64,000 bases of DNA from positions 14,480,912 through 14,544,911 of the forward strand of contig NC_092675.1 in the NCBI RefSeq assembly GCF_964355755.1, in the 5' to 3' direction. Under the pieces are notes generated by a model. The model had not been told where the DNA came from. It made no database searches and saw nothing but the letters and a program-made list of their open reading frames with translations. Each line of letters opens with the position of its first letter. The first letter of the stretch is position 1. This DNA is from Antedon mediterranea. Taxonomy: Eukaryota > Animalia > Echinodermata. Both the position numbers and the translations under genes were made by a program. This document shows, one piece after another, positions 41,544 through 53,867 of the stretch.

Positions 41544-43660
41544 ATCAAATTTCATTTTCGTTGTTGTTGCTTTTAAAAGAAAAAACACAACCTTTATTTT
41601 AACACACATTCTATTTCAATATAATTTACAACCATAATAATAATAAATTTACCGAAAAGAAATAAGAATTATAAAATTATGTAACATTAATTTAAAAAGT
41701 GTTAAGATATTATTTTAAATTTGTACAAATTACAATTGGTAAAGAATCTTATTAAAAAGTTCTGAATCATTTGTAATCAACTTTATGGCTTTATCGAACG
41801 CATCAACATTGATACAACGTAAATGAAAGTAGTTTAGCGCCCATTCAAAATGGGTAGCGCTATTGTCCACAAGTTTCAATGCCAGAATTGGTCGAAAAAA
41901 TGTTAGGAGTTGTTCATATCTTGAGCCGTGAAAGTTATAACGTTCAACCATGTCCTTCAGAATGAATATAAATTCTTCTATGAAAACCTTCTCAATTGTT
42001 CTCATTATTTCTTTGTACTCAAGTTCGGTAGTTTCTTTCTTAATCTCCGCCTCCAGCACAGGGTTCAGGTACTCTTCCGCAAACACCTCATCTTCTACAT
42101 CGGCTTTTCTTGCCAAAAATAGGTGGTAGTCGAGTCAACTACCGATGACGTGTCGTCGTATACAATCCTCTCCTTTTCAGAAATTATTCTCGATCTATAA
42201 TGTTCGTCTTCTTCAGTATTAGATATATTATTGAAATCAACGTTCATTGGAGGTGGGGGTTGAATCACCATTAAACACGTCATACGATTTGAAGGTACTG
42301 CTGTGCCGTGTTGATGTGAAACTTTGTGTATCTTTACTCGATTAGATACAGCACTCTGTCCTTTTGAAGAAGAAAAAACTCTCTTACTACCGGATTGATT
42401 TTAAGTAGAATTCATCCTGATAGATAATAACAGCAGGATAAAGAACAGATGACTAAATGTTAAAAATCTAAAGCAGGAAAACTGTACTGTTTTCAAATTA
42501 ACAATCTGTATATATATAGTAAATCAGGTACCCTGTTAAAAATAAAACAATTTACATAATATATAATACTTAATTCAATAATTCATAGAATAAATACCAA
42601 CGCAATTACTAAGTATTCATTAAAACACTCTCATATTAATAAAAATATATTAATATTCACGAATATTAAAACATCTCATAACTTATTCATTGGACTGAGA
42701 TCGCTAAGCTTACAAAAACAATGAATTATGATTGGTAGATTAATTCATTAGGGCTATGTTTATAAGGAATCTTATTGGTTATTTGCCGGATGACGTCACA
42801 TACCCGCTAAAATCACAGGATTAGAAAAAATAACCTGTCCACGCCTCACATACTGTAAACTAATTCCATGGAAAGACAGCGGATTGATATTATGATTTTG
42901 TTCTTATACAAACATAAAAAAAGCAGTAATCAAAGCTGATTAAACTTGTAGATTTTATTCATTAAACTATACATCAGACTTCTCAATGAAGGTAAGCACA
43001 TTCTTTTTAATATGTATTTATATTATATATATATATTTATTTATTACCATCTTTACTGAGGGTAGCCTATCCAGTTCCAAATAGAACTGATCAGATTGAT
43101 TCTATTTAATCAGACTGATTTTTAATATTTAAATACAATTTAGATATATAATACTTAATTTATTAATTCAGAGAATAAAAACCAACGCATTTACTAATTA
43201 TTCATTAAAACACCCTCATATTAATAAAAAATATATTAATATTCATGAATATTAAAACATCTCATTACTTTTTCATTGGACTGAGATCGCTAAACAAATT
43301 AATTTATTCATTTCTTCATAAATAATACCATTTTAATTATTAAATATTCATAAAACTACCCCCCTCATACCTAATTAATTAATTCATTTATTTATAAAAA
43401 ATACTCTTTAAAATATTAATTATTCATAAAAACTACCCTTCATAATTAATTAATTTATTCATTTATTCATAATAATCCCTTTAAAATATTAATTATTCAT
43501 AAAAACTACCCCTCATAATTAATTAATTTATTAATTTATTCATAAATAATACCCTTTAAAATATTTATTATTCATAAATAGTACTCTCATAATTAATATA
43601 TTAATATTAATTAATTAATTTATAAATTATTCATTGGACTGAACGGGGTACTATACTACT
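41544..43660 (-). repeat. Right terminal inverted repeat of the Polinton (~2.12 kb)
   Basis: Reverse complement of 33288-35357. Confidence 0.93.
41730..42415 (-). pseudogene. Second copy of the unknown TIR gene (early stop and mid-gene frameshift)
   Basis: ORFs 42095-42283 and 41730-42116 are nearly identical to 34610-35171. Upstream in-frame MNST*NQSGSKRVFSSSKGQSAVSNRVKIHKVSHQHGTAVPSNR from ATG 42415. Confidence 0.7.
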
Positions 43661-43666
43661 GAAACA

Positions 43667-43854
43667 GAACATCCATCCGTTTTCTATAAGTTCAATAATG
43701 GATTTCATGTTGTTCGACGCACCAATAAATACTGGGCCGAACAGACTTTGATGCGATCTCTGAAAAGTTCAGGTGGTCTAACTAGAGGAAGTGGTATGAC
43801 AGAGCATCAAAGAGCTGTGTGGACAATGTATGCACCTATATCTGCTGCCTACAA
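43667..43854 (+). pseudogene. Academ A transposase, fragment 2
   Basis: In frame with fragment 1 once the Polinton is removed: LET-EHPSVFYKFNNGFHVVRRTNKYWAEQTLMRSLKSSGGLTRGSGMTEHQRAVWTMYAPISAAYN. Confidence 0.85.
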
Positions 43855-45513
43855 CATAGTTGCCATTTCTGGAATTATTATGCTTTTTTGGCATTATTTG
43901 GAGGCCCACGGCATCTGGCATAATGCCGCGGCATTATTTAGCCGTTTTTAGCATAATCTGGCATAATTTTGTGTTTTTTGAACAACCAAAAAAAATAATA
44001 TACTGTACCACAGAACAAAAATAAAATATTTTGTTAATACATATCACCTTACACAATATCATATCGTACAAAACAGATCTGTTCGGGTTTTCCGTACAAT
44101 AATTCTTCCATCCTTTCGTTTCGGACTTAATCGACTCTTCGGATACTGGAAGGCTGCTCGAAAACTACCGTGTGTGCGATATAGGCAGCACAACAAATCC
44201 GAAGAGGCTACCTATTGGCCAATTATGTTGTTCTATTTCAGAGACCATGCAGGTTATTGGATCCCCAGATATAGAGACAATTGAACGAAAACACATTATG
44301 AAAGGGGTTTTGTTTTTACAGTTCTTAATTATAAGCGGCCACACCCCTACCTCAACCCTTAAAATGGCAATTTCCGGTAACTAGAAGCTCTAATTTTAAA
44401 AAGAATTTCTTCTAGAGAATTTGTTTTCCATATTTCAAATTATGTTCCATTTGCATCGTCGTAGCTACCCTATATTTCCAAATGTTCTTCACCTCTCAGT
44501 GACCATGATGGGGCGAGGTCCAAGGGACTCTTATACATTTTTATTTAAAATTAAGTGCAATTTCCGGCCATCTAGCAGCTCTATTTTTCAAATTTGTTTT
44601 ACCTCAGCCCCAACCATGGTGGGGCTGAGGTCCTGGAAACACTTAATATACTGTATATTTTTATTTCCTATTTTAAATTATAATTGGCACTTTCAAAACT
44701 ATCATGGGCTAAGATCCTGGAGGTACTAATAAATGTATTTTATATTTGAAATTAAGTGGCATTTCCGGCCATTGAGAAGCTCTATTTTTTTCAAATTTTC
44801 TTACCTCAGCCCCAACCATGAGGTCCTGGAGACACAATTAATATATATTTTGATTTCCTATTTTAAATTATAATTGCCATTTTCAAACTATGGTGGGCTA
44901 AGATCATGGAGACACTAATAAATATATTTTTATTTCATATTTTAAATTAAGTGCCATTTCCGGCCATCGAGTAGCTGTATTTTTCCAAATTTTCTTATCA
45001 ACCATGGTGGGGCTGAGGTCCTGGAGACACTCAAAATAATTTTTTTTATTTCCTATTTTAAATTATAATTTCCATTTTCTAATTATGGTGGCTATAAGAT
45101 CCTTTCATTTTTTAAATTAAGTGCAAAGATCCCGGCCATCGAGCAGCTCTCCTATTTCAGCTAAAAAATTATAAATTTCCATGGCTGTAACAGGTTTTTG
45201 TTTTTTTTTTTAGGGTGGGGAGAGGGGTGGGGGTTGATGTTGGTGTCATTTGCAATTACCATTTTCGCACCCCAGATATTTAGAATTATTAGTTATTACT
45301 CACAAAACTAAAAATATAAATTTTGTACGACATGGGGATACAATTTTAGGCCCTATTTTGTGTCAGTTGGGGTTTTACAAACGTTTATTAGACATACACC
45401 CGTTGGTGGCGCTGTTTAGGGCCACATTTTGGGGCTCTGGCATTATTTTTCCCAATCTGGCATTATTTGAGACAGGATACGGCATAATTTAAATTTTATC
45501 GCTGGCAACGCTG
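43855..45513. mobile_element. Non-autonomous hAT-like DNA transposon (1,659 bp) with internal ~200-bp tandem repeats
   Basis: 8-bp TSD GCCTACAA (43847-54, 45514-21). Short imperfect TIR CATAGTTGCCA...TGGCAACGCTG. Subterminal ggcat(t/a)attt repeats at both ends. No transposase. Confidence 0.85.
44360..45160. repeat. ~200-bp imperfect tandem repeat (about 4 copies) inside the hAT element
   Basis: aagtg...tttccggccat recurs at ~44553, 44754, 44949 and 45119. Hairpin cctcagcccca-accatgg-tggggctgagg is complete in the first unit and partial in others. Confidence 0.75.
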
Positions 45514-45521
45514 GCCTACAA

Positions 45522-46940
45522 TTACGCCATGCAAGACTTCAGTAACAGAGTGTACAGTACACTGTTTCAGAGGTTTCTAGTAGTATCTCAATCTTGAGAT
45601 CTCTGCTTAGAGGAGGTAATGAAGTATGAACTTTCACCTTATCCTCCATTTTTGTTTGAAGGAAAGCACATTTTGAGGAAGGCCGAGAAAGCGCAGCTTT
45701 TAAGTGCTATACGAGAACATTTTATTTCATTAGATTCTGCTGTGATTCAGTCTATTCCAAAGATAGATCACTATGTTCTTGACGGAGGTTCACTTTTACA
45801 TCGATTGAAATGGAAGGAAGTACGTACAGCTCAATTGCGAACACCTATGCATCTTTGACGTATTGTCTATATGGCAGGGCCACTGTTGTCTTCGATAGGT
45901 ACAATAAAGGCCCTAACACAAAGGACAGCACTCATCTGCGTCGTAAAACTCAGATTGTAAATAAGGTCAACATATCAGATGGAACCACATTTGTTGGTAA
46001 GAAGGATGATTTCTTATCGAATGATTTCAACAAGCAGGCTCAAATTTACCTTATTGCAAACTGCTTGCGTCAGCAAGGCTGTCAAGTCATTCATGCTGAA
46101 GGTGATGCAGATGTAGATATAGTGAGAGCAGCCATTACCATGTCATCTTACACGTCAACAACCCTTATTGGAGAAGACACAGATTTGTTGGTCTTGCTAT
46201 TACATCACGCAGTAAAAGATTGCAACGATCTTTACTTTCGTTCTGACAAAGACAAACAGAAATCTTTTGTCTACAACATCAAAGTTCTAAAAAAGAGATT
46301 TGGTGATGATGTATGCTATGATCTGCTGTTTTTCCATGCATTCTCAGGCTGTGACACTACTTCAAGAATCTTTGGGGTTGGCAAGAGATCTTTATTCCAA
46401 AAAGTACACAAAGGCGATTCTATATTACATGCTTGTGCAAACATTTTTTGTACACCAAAGATAGATCCAGTGACTATAGAAGAAACTGGGTGTAAAGCAA
46501 TGATGTCCTTGTTTAATGGGACCCAGTCGCTCGAATCTTTACGGTACAGTTATCTCTGTAAGAAGGTGGCCTCATCAAAGACTTTTGTAAAGCCCGAAAG
46601 ACAACCTCCTACAAGCTCTGCTACAAATCAACATTCTCGGAGGACCTACTTGCAAGTTATGCAGTGGATCGTCAAGGGCCACGTCATGGATCCAACTGAA
46701 TGGGGTTGGAGTGCAAAAGAGGACAGACTTGTTCCAATCATGATGGACATTAATCCGGCACCACCAGACTCACTGCTCAAGATTATTCGATGCAACTGCT
46801 CTACAGGATGCAGCACATTGAAGTGTACCTGCAGAAAAAATGCACTCGAATGCACCACCGCTTGTGGACCTTGTCAAAGTGATAACTGTGAAAACATGAA
46901 CCAAGAGCCAGTTTCAGACGATGATGAAATCGAAGATTAA
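45522..46940 (+). pseudogene. Academ A, fragment 3: end of transposase region, XPG-like nuclease and Cys8 finger
   Basis: YAMQDFSNRVYST, then probable internal deletion, LFQRFLVVSQS*DLCLEEVMKYELSPYPP...VLDGGSLLH, frameshift, AEGDADVDIV...GEDTDLLVLL...HAFSGCDTTSRIFGVGK...CNCSTGCSTLKCTCRKNALECTTACGPCQSDNCEN. Confidence 0.88.
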
Positions 46941-47124
46941 TACCATGACTTTTAACATAAATACTGTTGCAAGAATTTAAAGGTATGTTCACACATTTTT
47001 TTAAATTTTAGATTTCGACCGCAGAATTGAGTCAACGTTTGACATTGTTTCCTGGACGCTATGATACAACAATTATTGAAAAGCATGTTATTGCAAATTT
47101 GTTAAGGTTCGGTCTATTTGTAAA

Positions 47125-47570
47125 GGATGTATGAAAATGTCATGCATTAAGTGTCAAAGGTCAAAACCTCGTGTTTTCGGTTATTTCTCAACAAAATGTT
47201 CAAAAACAGTAAATATAAATATGTATGTTCTGAACATTTTGACACTAATATCAAGACTTTTTGATTTGTAGTTATACGTAGATACGAAAATGTCATGCTA
47301 TGTGTCAAAGGTCAAAAATAAGAATTTCTGGTTATTTTCCAACAAAATGTTCAAAAAGGGTAAATATAAATATGTATATTCTGAACATGTTGACACCAAT
47401 ATCAAATCTCTATGACTAGTAGTTACGTAGGTATATAAATGTCGTGCCATATATGTCAAAGGTCAATAAATGTAATTTACTCTCATTTTTCAACAAAATA
47501 TTAAAAAGAGTAAATATAAACACATATATTCTGAACAATTTGACACCAAATACAGCTCTCTACGACAAGC
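47125..47570. repeat. ~150-bp tandem repeat (3 copies) in the Academ A 3' region
   Basis: tgtcaaaggtcaa at ~47152, 47303 and 47454, each followed by caacaaaat.tt.aaaaa..gtaaatataaa...ttctgaaca..ttgacac. Confidence 0.8.
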
Positions 47571-48981
47571 GGTTACTGATTTCCAAAAATATTGAAAGTG
47601 AAATTACTACCAGCACCAGAGAAACTATTAAAGTTGATTAGATGTACCTGTAAATAAGGTTGTAGTAAAATGAATTGCAGTTGCAGAAAATATGGTTTGG
47701 ACTGCTGCTCCACTATTTTTTAAGAATGCCACGGCATCAGCACATGCTCAATTCCCCACCAATAGATGGAGGATGAGATACTGACAAGATGAAAGTGAAA
47801 TTACCGCATTTATTTGAATAAATGCCCTTGGTGGTTGATTTTTAAGGAGGGTAGTGGGGGCGTGTAATCGTCGTGAGGAGTTTATTCGGAGAGGCGTATA
47901 TTTTTGTGGGTGTAATGTGGTAACCTGTATAATCAAATAAATACACCCTTTAGATATGAACAAATACAACACCATCATGTCATTCAGTGAATTCTATTAC
48001 AAATAGAGATGTGTTAAAATACAATATTGTGTATAATATGCATGTGGCATTCGAGGAAATAAATTCCAAATGATGTCCGATGGGAGCGGGGGAGGGGTGC
48101 GGTGGCGTAGGTTATTCAAAATGATATCCTATGGAGGGAGAGGGGGAATTTATCGATTTTTCTAAATGTAGCGTTTATCCGAATTAAAAAAGGTAATTAA
48201 ATAGATTGTGGCGAAAGGATTTTCCCGATGAGGGGGGGGGGGATGGAGAGCGCAGCCAGCATCAATTGGCTGGGCCATCAATGGGAGCGCACCCAGAAGT
48301 TCCGACAATATTATACCGGTAAAGGGTAGTTTTACACACTTTTAAAAATGAAAATCCTTGAAACAGCACTCAGTGGGGTATTGTCTTATATTAGGAAATA
48401 TCATCATATTGTCTACATAAAAAATAGCCAATTGGGGAGAGGGGATGGGGGGACGGACAGACTCCCTCACCCTTCCCATTTGATCTCCCATCCCTATACC
48501 CCTCCCCACTGGCACCACCAATGTTGTAATATATTGTTATAACAGTACAAATGTAAATGAACTGATTTATTAATAGACACCGTAATCATATGCATTAAGC
48601 ATAGGAAGGACTGCGTTTTATATATTATAACAATAGGGATATATCTAGATACTTAAACATTTGTTTTTCGGCCATTTTCTAATTAACTGCACTTAAAATA
48701 ATGTGTTTATTGTAGGTCAGATCTTCAAAATTGTAAAGAAATATATAAACCATTGTAAAAACTGTTATAAAGTGGTAATTAGATCTATCATTTATGTTTT
48801 TTTGTCCTTTTTTAGGAATTTTCGCCATTGGCGGCCATTTTGTTTTAAAAAACCTATTTCCCCTACCTGGATTTTTCTAGACTTTTAGTATGTTCATATA
48901 GGGACCTTATAGAAATTTATTGTGGTGAAATAAATTCTGTTGCAATTTTTTCAATCATATTTCATAGTTTTCCTGTACTAT

Positions 48982-50760
48982 GCACTCATCGGACCGAAAA
49001 CGTACACGCTACTAAAGAATTTGTGTTCACCGGAGAAACCAGCGACACTGTCTTACGCAGATTTAATTACAAAGCTCACGACACATCTACAAAAGAGAAC
49101 AGCATAGCGGGGAAAGCATTGCGGGTGTCACGAAACCTAAGACCACGAAAGCTAAGACCCCCTAAGACCTAAGATCACGAAAGCTAAGACCCAGGACCTA
49201 AGATTACAAATATTTATCTTTCGCACCTGCCTTGTATTTTAACTCCCAACATTTATTCTGAATACCACACCTTAGAATTGGCACTTTCATGAAAAAGAAT
49301 CACATAAAAAGTAACAAATACATTTTTAAATTGATGATTTTACAGACGTTTTTCTCGCACACAAAATGACTAGCCTACAGTACAGTAGGCCTACCCCATG
49401 TTCAATGTTTTTGTTTCTATGGAACGTCAAAAGAGCAAAAATTATATAGAGGGCTGAAAACTCTGTGGAGTCCATCTACAGTGTGGATGGAACAATGTAA
49501 AATTAAAATTGTAATGATAATAGTATAATCATGCAAGTACGAAGAAATAAATACTGGCAAATAAATTTTAATTTAAAAATCATGATAAGTTTTTTTGTTT
49601 CGTTTTTTTCTGTTTTTATACTTGTACTATTATTGTTGCTCTTTTGGCGCTCCATAGAAACAAAAACATTGGGCATGGGGAGCTCGAGGAGTTACATTTC
49701 AGTATACAAAGAAACACATCTGTAAAATCATCAATTTAAAGGATTTATTTATTTGTTATTATGTGTTTCTCCTTCTGAAAGTACTTATAAGTCCTAATTT
49801 TAAAGTGTGGTGTTAAGGATAAAGTTAGTCAACAAATTTGGAGTCAAAATACAAGAAAGGCAGGTGCGTAAGAAAAACATCCTCTGAACCAACACAATGG
49901 AGTAAATGTATACCAACAAACAACCCGTCAAGTTTGTTTGTTGTAAAGACAAAAAAAAAAATTACTCAACGGGCGAAAATAATGTGAGTTTATCTATGTT
50001 TTGCGGTAGTATTAAATCATATTTATGGTAATAAATGAAACCTAATGTGTTTAAAATTATGTATGGATAAACAAGTATTGTTTTTAAGCTGTAGTATATC
50101 TTAGTATTTGTAATCTTAGGTGTTGGGTCTTAGCTTTCGTGATCTTAGGTCTTAGGGGGTCTTAGCTTTCGTGGTCTTAGGTTTCGTGACACCCAAAGCA
50201 TTGCTTCATACATTGCTGAACTACGAAGGTTAGCCATTCATTGCAATTTTGGAAACACTTTGACCTCGACACTGCGAGACATTTTCGTCTGCGGGTTGAA
50301 TTGCGTCAAGAGAACATTCAGAAACGTTTAATGGCGGTTCATGACCTTAAATTAGATGATGCAATTAAAACCACTGTAGCTATGGAAACAGCAAGTCGTG
50401 ATGCTACAGAATTTCAGAAAACAAGGACACCAAATACTTCAGGTGAGAGCAATGTAAATAAATTTACTACAAAAAATTACCAATCTAAAAGACACCAAGG
50501 TCATAAACAAAGTAAAGCATCTACACACTGCATGTTACAGATGTGGTAATACAGGCCATAAAGCAGATCGCTGCAGGCACATACATACTGTTTGCAATTA
50601 CTGTTCCAAGGAAGGACATCTAGAAAAAGTATGCATGAAGAAAAAAAAGACAATAATCTGTCAAAGCCTAACACTGGTAACCTTAAAAAAAATGTACAGT
50701 ATGTACAGGGAGAGGAAGTCAACTATGAACCTATGCTATATGCAAATCATATGTCAAAAG
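48982..50760 (+). pseudogene. Gypsy gag remnant, interrupted by a MITE
   Basis: ALIGPKTYTLLKNLCSPEKPATLSYADLITKLTTHLQK...ESIASYIAELRRLAIHCNFGNTLTSTLRDIFVCG. Two CCHC-type knuckles CYRCGNTGHKADRC and CNYCSKEGHLEKVC at ~50534-50634. Confidence 0.82.
49123..50194. mobile_element. MULE/foldback-like MITE (1,072 bp)
   Basis: TIR GGGTGTCACGAAACCTAAGACCACGAAAGCTAAGACCCC with ctaagac subrepeats. 10-bp TSD AAAGCATTGC (49113-22, 50195-204). Further imperfect inverted match inside (~49215-49440 vs ~49635-49870). Confidence 0.85.
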
Positions 50761-50889
50761 TATACTGGTTTAAGCCCGAAACAATACGAAAACGTATAAT
50801 AAATACATTTCGGTTCTTATTCGAAATCGGTATCCATTGTTTATTGCTATCTGTCTAGCACAAAATAGGTACCCACAAAACGCCGCTCA

Positions 50890-53501
50890 AGTTCTCAACT
50901 CTACCACAAGCCAAGAAATGTCCCATATTCAATGAGGGACAAGGTCGAAAAAAAGCTTGGACGACTACAAAATCAAGAGATTATTAGCCCTGTGAAATAC
51001 AGCGAATGGCCAGCTCCCATTGTACCTGTACAGAAGAAGTCAGGGCAAGTTAGAATCTGTGGTGAATTTAAAGTTACAATTAACCCTGTGATGAAAGTAG
51101 AACAGTACCCATTACCTAAAATAGAAGATATCTTTGCATCTCTAGCAGGAGGTCAGAAATTTACAAAAATTTACCTTAAACAAGCATATTTACAGATGGA
51201 AGTGGAAGACACTTCAAAGGAACTGTTAACTATTAATACGCATAAATGGTTATTTAGATATAACCGACTTCCATTTGGTGTAGCCTCAGCTCCTGCAATC
51301 TGGCAAAGAGCGATGGACCAGGTACTGCAAAATGTACCCTTTACATCTTGCATATTGGATGATATGATGGCGGAAAAACAACTGAGGAACACTTTAAAAA
51401 CTTGGACACAGCTCAGTTTTAAAGAGATTAGAGAAATACAACTTAAGAGTAAATCGTGAGAAATGTGGGTTTTTCAAAGAAGACATCACATGCTGTGGTC
51501 ATGTGATAACTGAAAAAGGGTTACAGAAATCCCCTGACAAGATCCATGCAGTTATCAATGCGCCAAAACCTGACAACAAACAGCAAATGCGATCATTCTT
51601 GGGTTTAATAAATTACTATCGTAGGTTTTTGCCAAACTTATCGTCCATAGTCGCACCCTTGAATGGACTTTTACAAAATGAAAAAAACTTGGAAATGGAC
51701 ACATTCATGTGATGAAGCTTTTAAAGCGGTCAAAGAACTTATAACTTCAGATCAAGTTCTATGCCACTATAATCCTGAACTAACAGTTAAAATAGCCTGT
51801 GATGCATCGCCATACGGCCTTGGTAGCGTTCTTTCACATATTATGCCAGACGGAAGTGAAAGACCAATTGCATTTGCTTCTCGCTTCTTAACAAAAGCTG
51901 AAAAGGGCTATGCCCAAATAGACAAGGAAGCATTAGGACTTTATTGGGGAATACAAAAGTTTCATACTTACCTGCATGGCTGACATTTTACTTTGGTTAC
52001 AGATCATAAGCCGCTAGTAAGCATCTTGCATCAACAAAAGTCAATTCCAGCAATGACTGCTGCAAGACTACAAAGATATGCCCTTTACCTATCTGGACAT
52101 ACATATGATATCGAATATCACAACACGCACGCTCATGGGAATGCTGATGGATTGAGTATAGATTGCCTATACCTACAGATGTGATTGATTACGTCGATGA
52201 GGCATCTACATTCTACACCTCCCAGATTGAAAGGTTGCCGATATCAAGTAACAGAAATACGGAAAGAAACACAGAAAGATCAGATTCTGTCACACGTATT
52301 AGATACTGTTTTAAAAGGGACTAACAAACTTCCTGACAGAACTTACTTGCCATCAAGGGTGTTTAATGTGGGGAAATCGAGTACTAATTCCAGATAGACT
52401 TCGTGCTGCTATTCTTAATGAAATACATGATGGACACATTGGGATTGTTAAGATGAAAAACTTAGCTCGCTCTTACATCTGGTGGCCTAACATTGATTGC
52501 GAAATTGAACAAGTTTGTAAATATTGTATCGGTTGCCAGCAAACAAGCAAAATGCTAAAATCCGGACCGGTAGACCCTTGGGAGTGGCCATCTGCCCCAT
52601 GGGATCGCTTACATATAGATTTTGCAGGGCCGTTCATGAACTCTATGTTTTTAATTGTTGTTGACGCCCATAGCAAATGGCCAGAAGTTTATCCAATGAG
52701 ATCTACTACAGCACAACTGACTATTGAGAAATTGCGAATTATGTTTAGCCAATATGGTATTCCCAGACAAATTGTATCGGACAACGGTGCTCAATTTAAG
52801 TCGGAGGAATTTACAGATTTCATGAAAGCAAATGGTATTTGACATACCACATCATCCCCATATCACCCCAGAACAAATGGCCTAGCAGAGAGATTTGTGC
52901 AAACGTTTAAATTGGCCATTAAGCAATCAAGAGGAAACAGTTGTCGTTCACTACACAGCAACATCTGAGTACATTTCTGTTTAAGTACAGAACAACTCAT
53001 ACACTTACCAAGGAAAGACCTGCAAAATTACTCTACGGACGCAATCTACGAACACGTTTGGATCTTTTGAAACCGGATCTAACAGCTACTGTCTTGAAAG
53101 GTCAAGATCGTATGCAGTTTGCAAAACATTGTGGAACCAGCATCCGAGAGTTTCAACCCGGACAATCAGTAATGGTCCGTGATTATCGTAACACAAACCA
53201 GAAATGGATATCAGCTCAAATACATGGAAAAACTGGTCCACTATCTTACACAGTTGACACAGGACTTGGAGGAACACTATGGAGGCGTCATGCTGATCAA
53301 CTACACCCAACTATGGTGAATGTCACTCCTACAGAAATATTCACCCCGGATGACCATGTTCCAGAAATACTAAATCCAACAGACGCTCCACAATCAGATA
53401 ACCTTACTCGAAATGTTAACACCGACACACCTGTTACAACTGGCAGCGCATCTCTTACACAAGAAACTGCACCCATACGTCGATATCCAAAAAAGAAATA
53501 A
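50890..53501 (+). pseudogene. Gypsy pol remnant: reverse transcriptase, RNase H, integrase
   Basis: RT: SEWPAPIVPVQKKSGQVRICG, YNRLPFGVASAPAIWQ, CILDD. RNase H: ACDASPYGLGSVL, YAQIDKEAL, VTDHKPL. Integrase: HDGHIG..CKYCIGC, LHIDFAGP, VSDNGAQF, NGLAERFV. Protease not seen. Confidence 0.93.
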
Positions 53502-53724
53502 TATTCGCCCACCAAAGAGACTACACTTGTAAATAGACATGAAACAAGAGGTTGATTTTAGTTGAACTTTATTATTTGTGATTTGCATTGAAAGATACTA
53601 TACAGAAAACTTTGATTGAAACATTATAATTACGAATGATTACAGAACAGTACAGAACTCTAATTACATGTTTTAGAAATCAAACTTCATAGTCTTTACT
53701 ATTCTTAAAATGGTAGGGAGGATG

Positions 53725-53860
53725 TGTTATATATGCATGTTGTAACGACGCCTTTGGCGTGCCATAATTGTTCTCTCTCTCTCTTCTGAAAAAATGTTTA
53801 GTTGTACACGCTGTGTACCTAGAGCCCTTACTTTACATATATAATTTACTATATACAACA
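53725..53860 (+). repeat. Putative 3' LTR (~136 bp) preceded by polypurine tract
   Basis: PPT ggtagggagga at 53712-53722, then TGTTATA...TACAACA inverted ends. No second LTR in the window to confirm. Confidence 0.65.
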
Positions 53861-53867
53861 GTTGGTA

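Larger units (their letters stand above)
33288..43660 (+). mobile_element. Internally deleted, non-autonomous Polinton/Maverick element (10,373 bp including a nested Academ)
   Basis: Termini AGTAGTATAGTACCCCGTTCAGTCCAATG...CATTGGACTGAACGGGGTACTATACTACT. Perfect 6-bp TSD GAAACA (33282-33287, 43661-43666). ~2.1-kb TIRs. Remnants of Polinton-type integrase and pPolB. Confidence 0.92.
33018..48980 (+). mobile_element. Academ (AcademX-type: transposase + XPG nuclease + Cys-rich finger) DNA transposon A, 5'-truncated by the satellite and split by two insertions
   Basis: Reading frame is continuous across the removed insertions. Right end ...aattctgttgcaatttttt...cctgtaCTA (48980) matches the TAG...CTA termini of the other two Academs here, and Gypsy gag coding begins immediately after. 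Left terminus not in window. Confidence 0.78.
48981..53860 (+). mobile_element. Degenerate Ty3/Gypsy LTR retrotransposon, 5' part missing from this position
   Basis: Order gag-RT-RNaseH-integrase, then polypurine tract and TG...CA LTR. Many frameshifts and stops. Confidence 0.92.

Noticed and set aside
33288-43660. Inverted segmental duplication or assembly fold-back explaining the 2.1-kb inverted repeat
   Set aside because: The arms differ by indels and substitutions, end in Polinton-type termini, and are flanked by a perfect 6-bp TSD within a restorable ORF.
45810-46940. Host XPG/FEN1 repair gene or tesmin/CXC gene
   Set aside because: Intronless, frameshifted, continuous with transposase fragments, and with two homologues in the window bounded by TIRs and TSDs.
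34759-53588. Short antisense or shadow ORFs over real coding remnants (e.g. 34759-34972, 37601-37843, 38706-38972, 40211-40456, 46646-46992, 51171-51392, 52473-52845, 53086-53588)
   Set aside because: They overlap better-supported frames on the opposite strand and carry no recognisable motifs.
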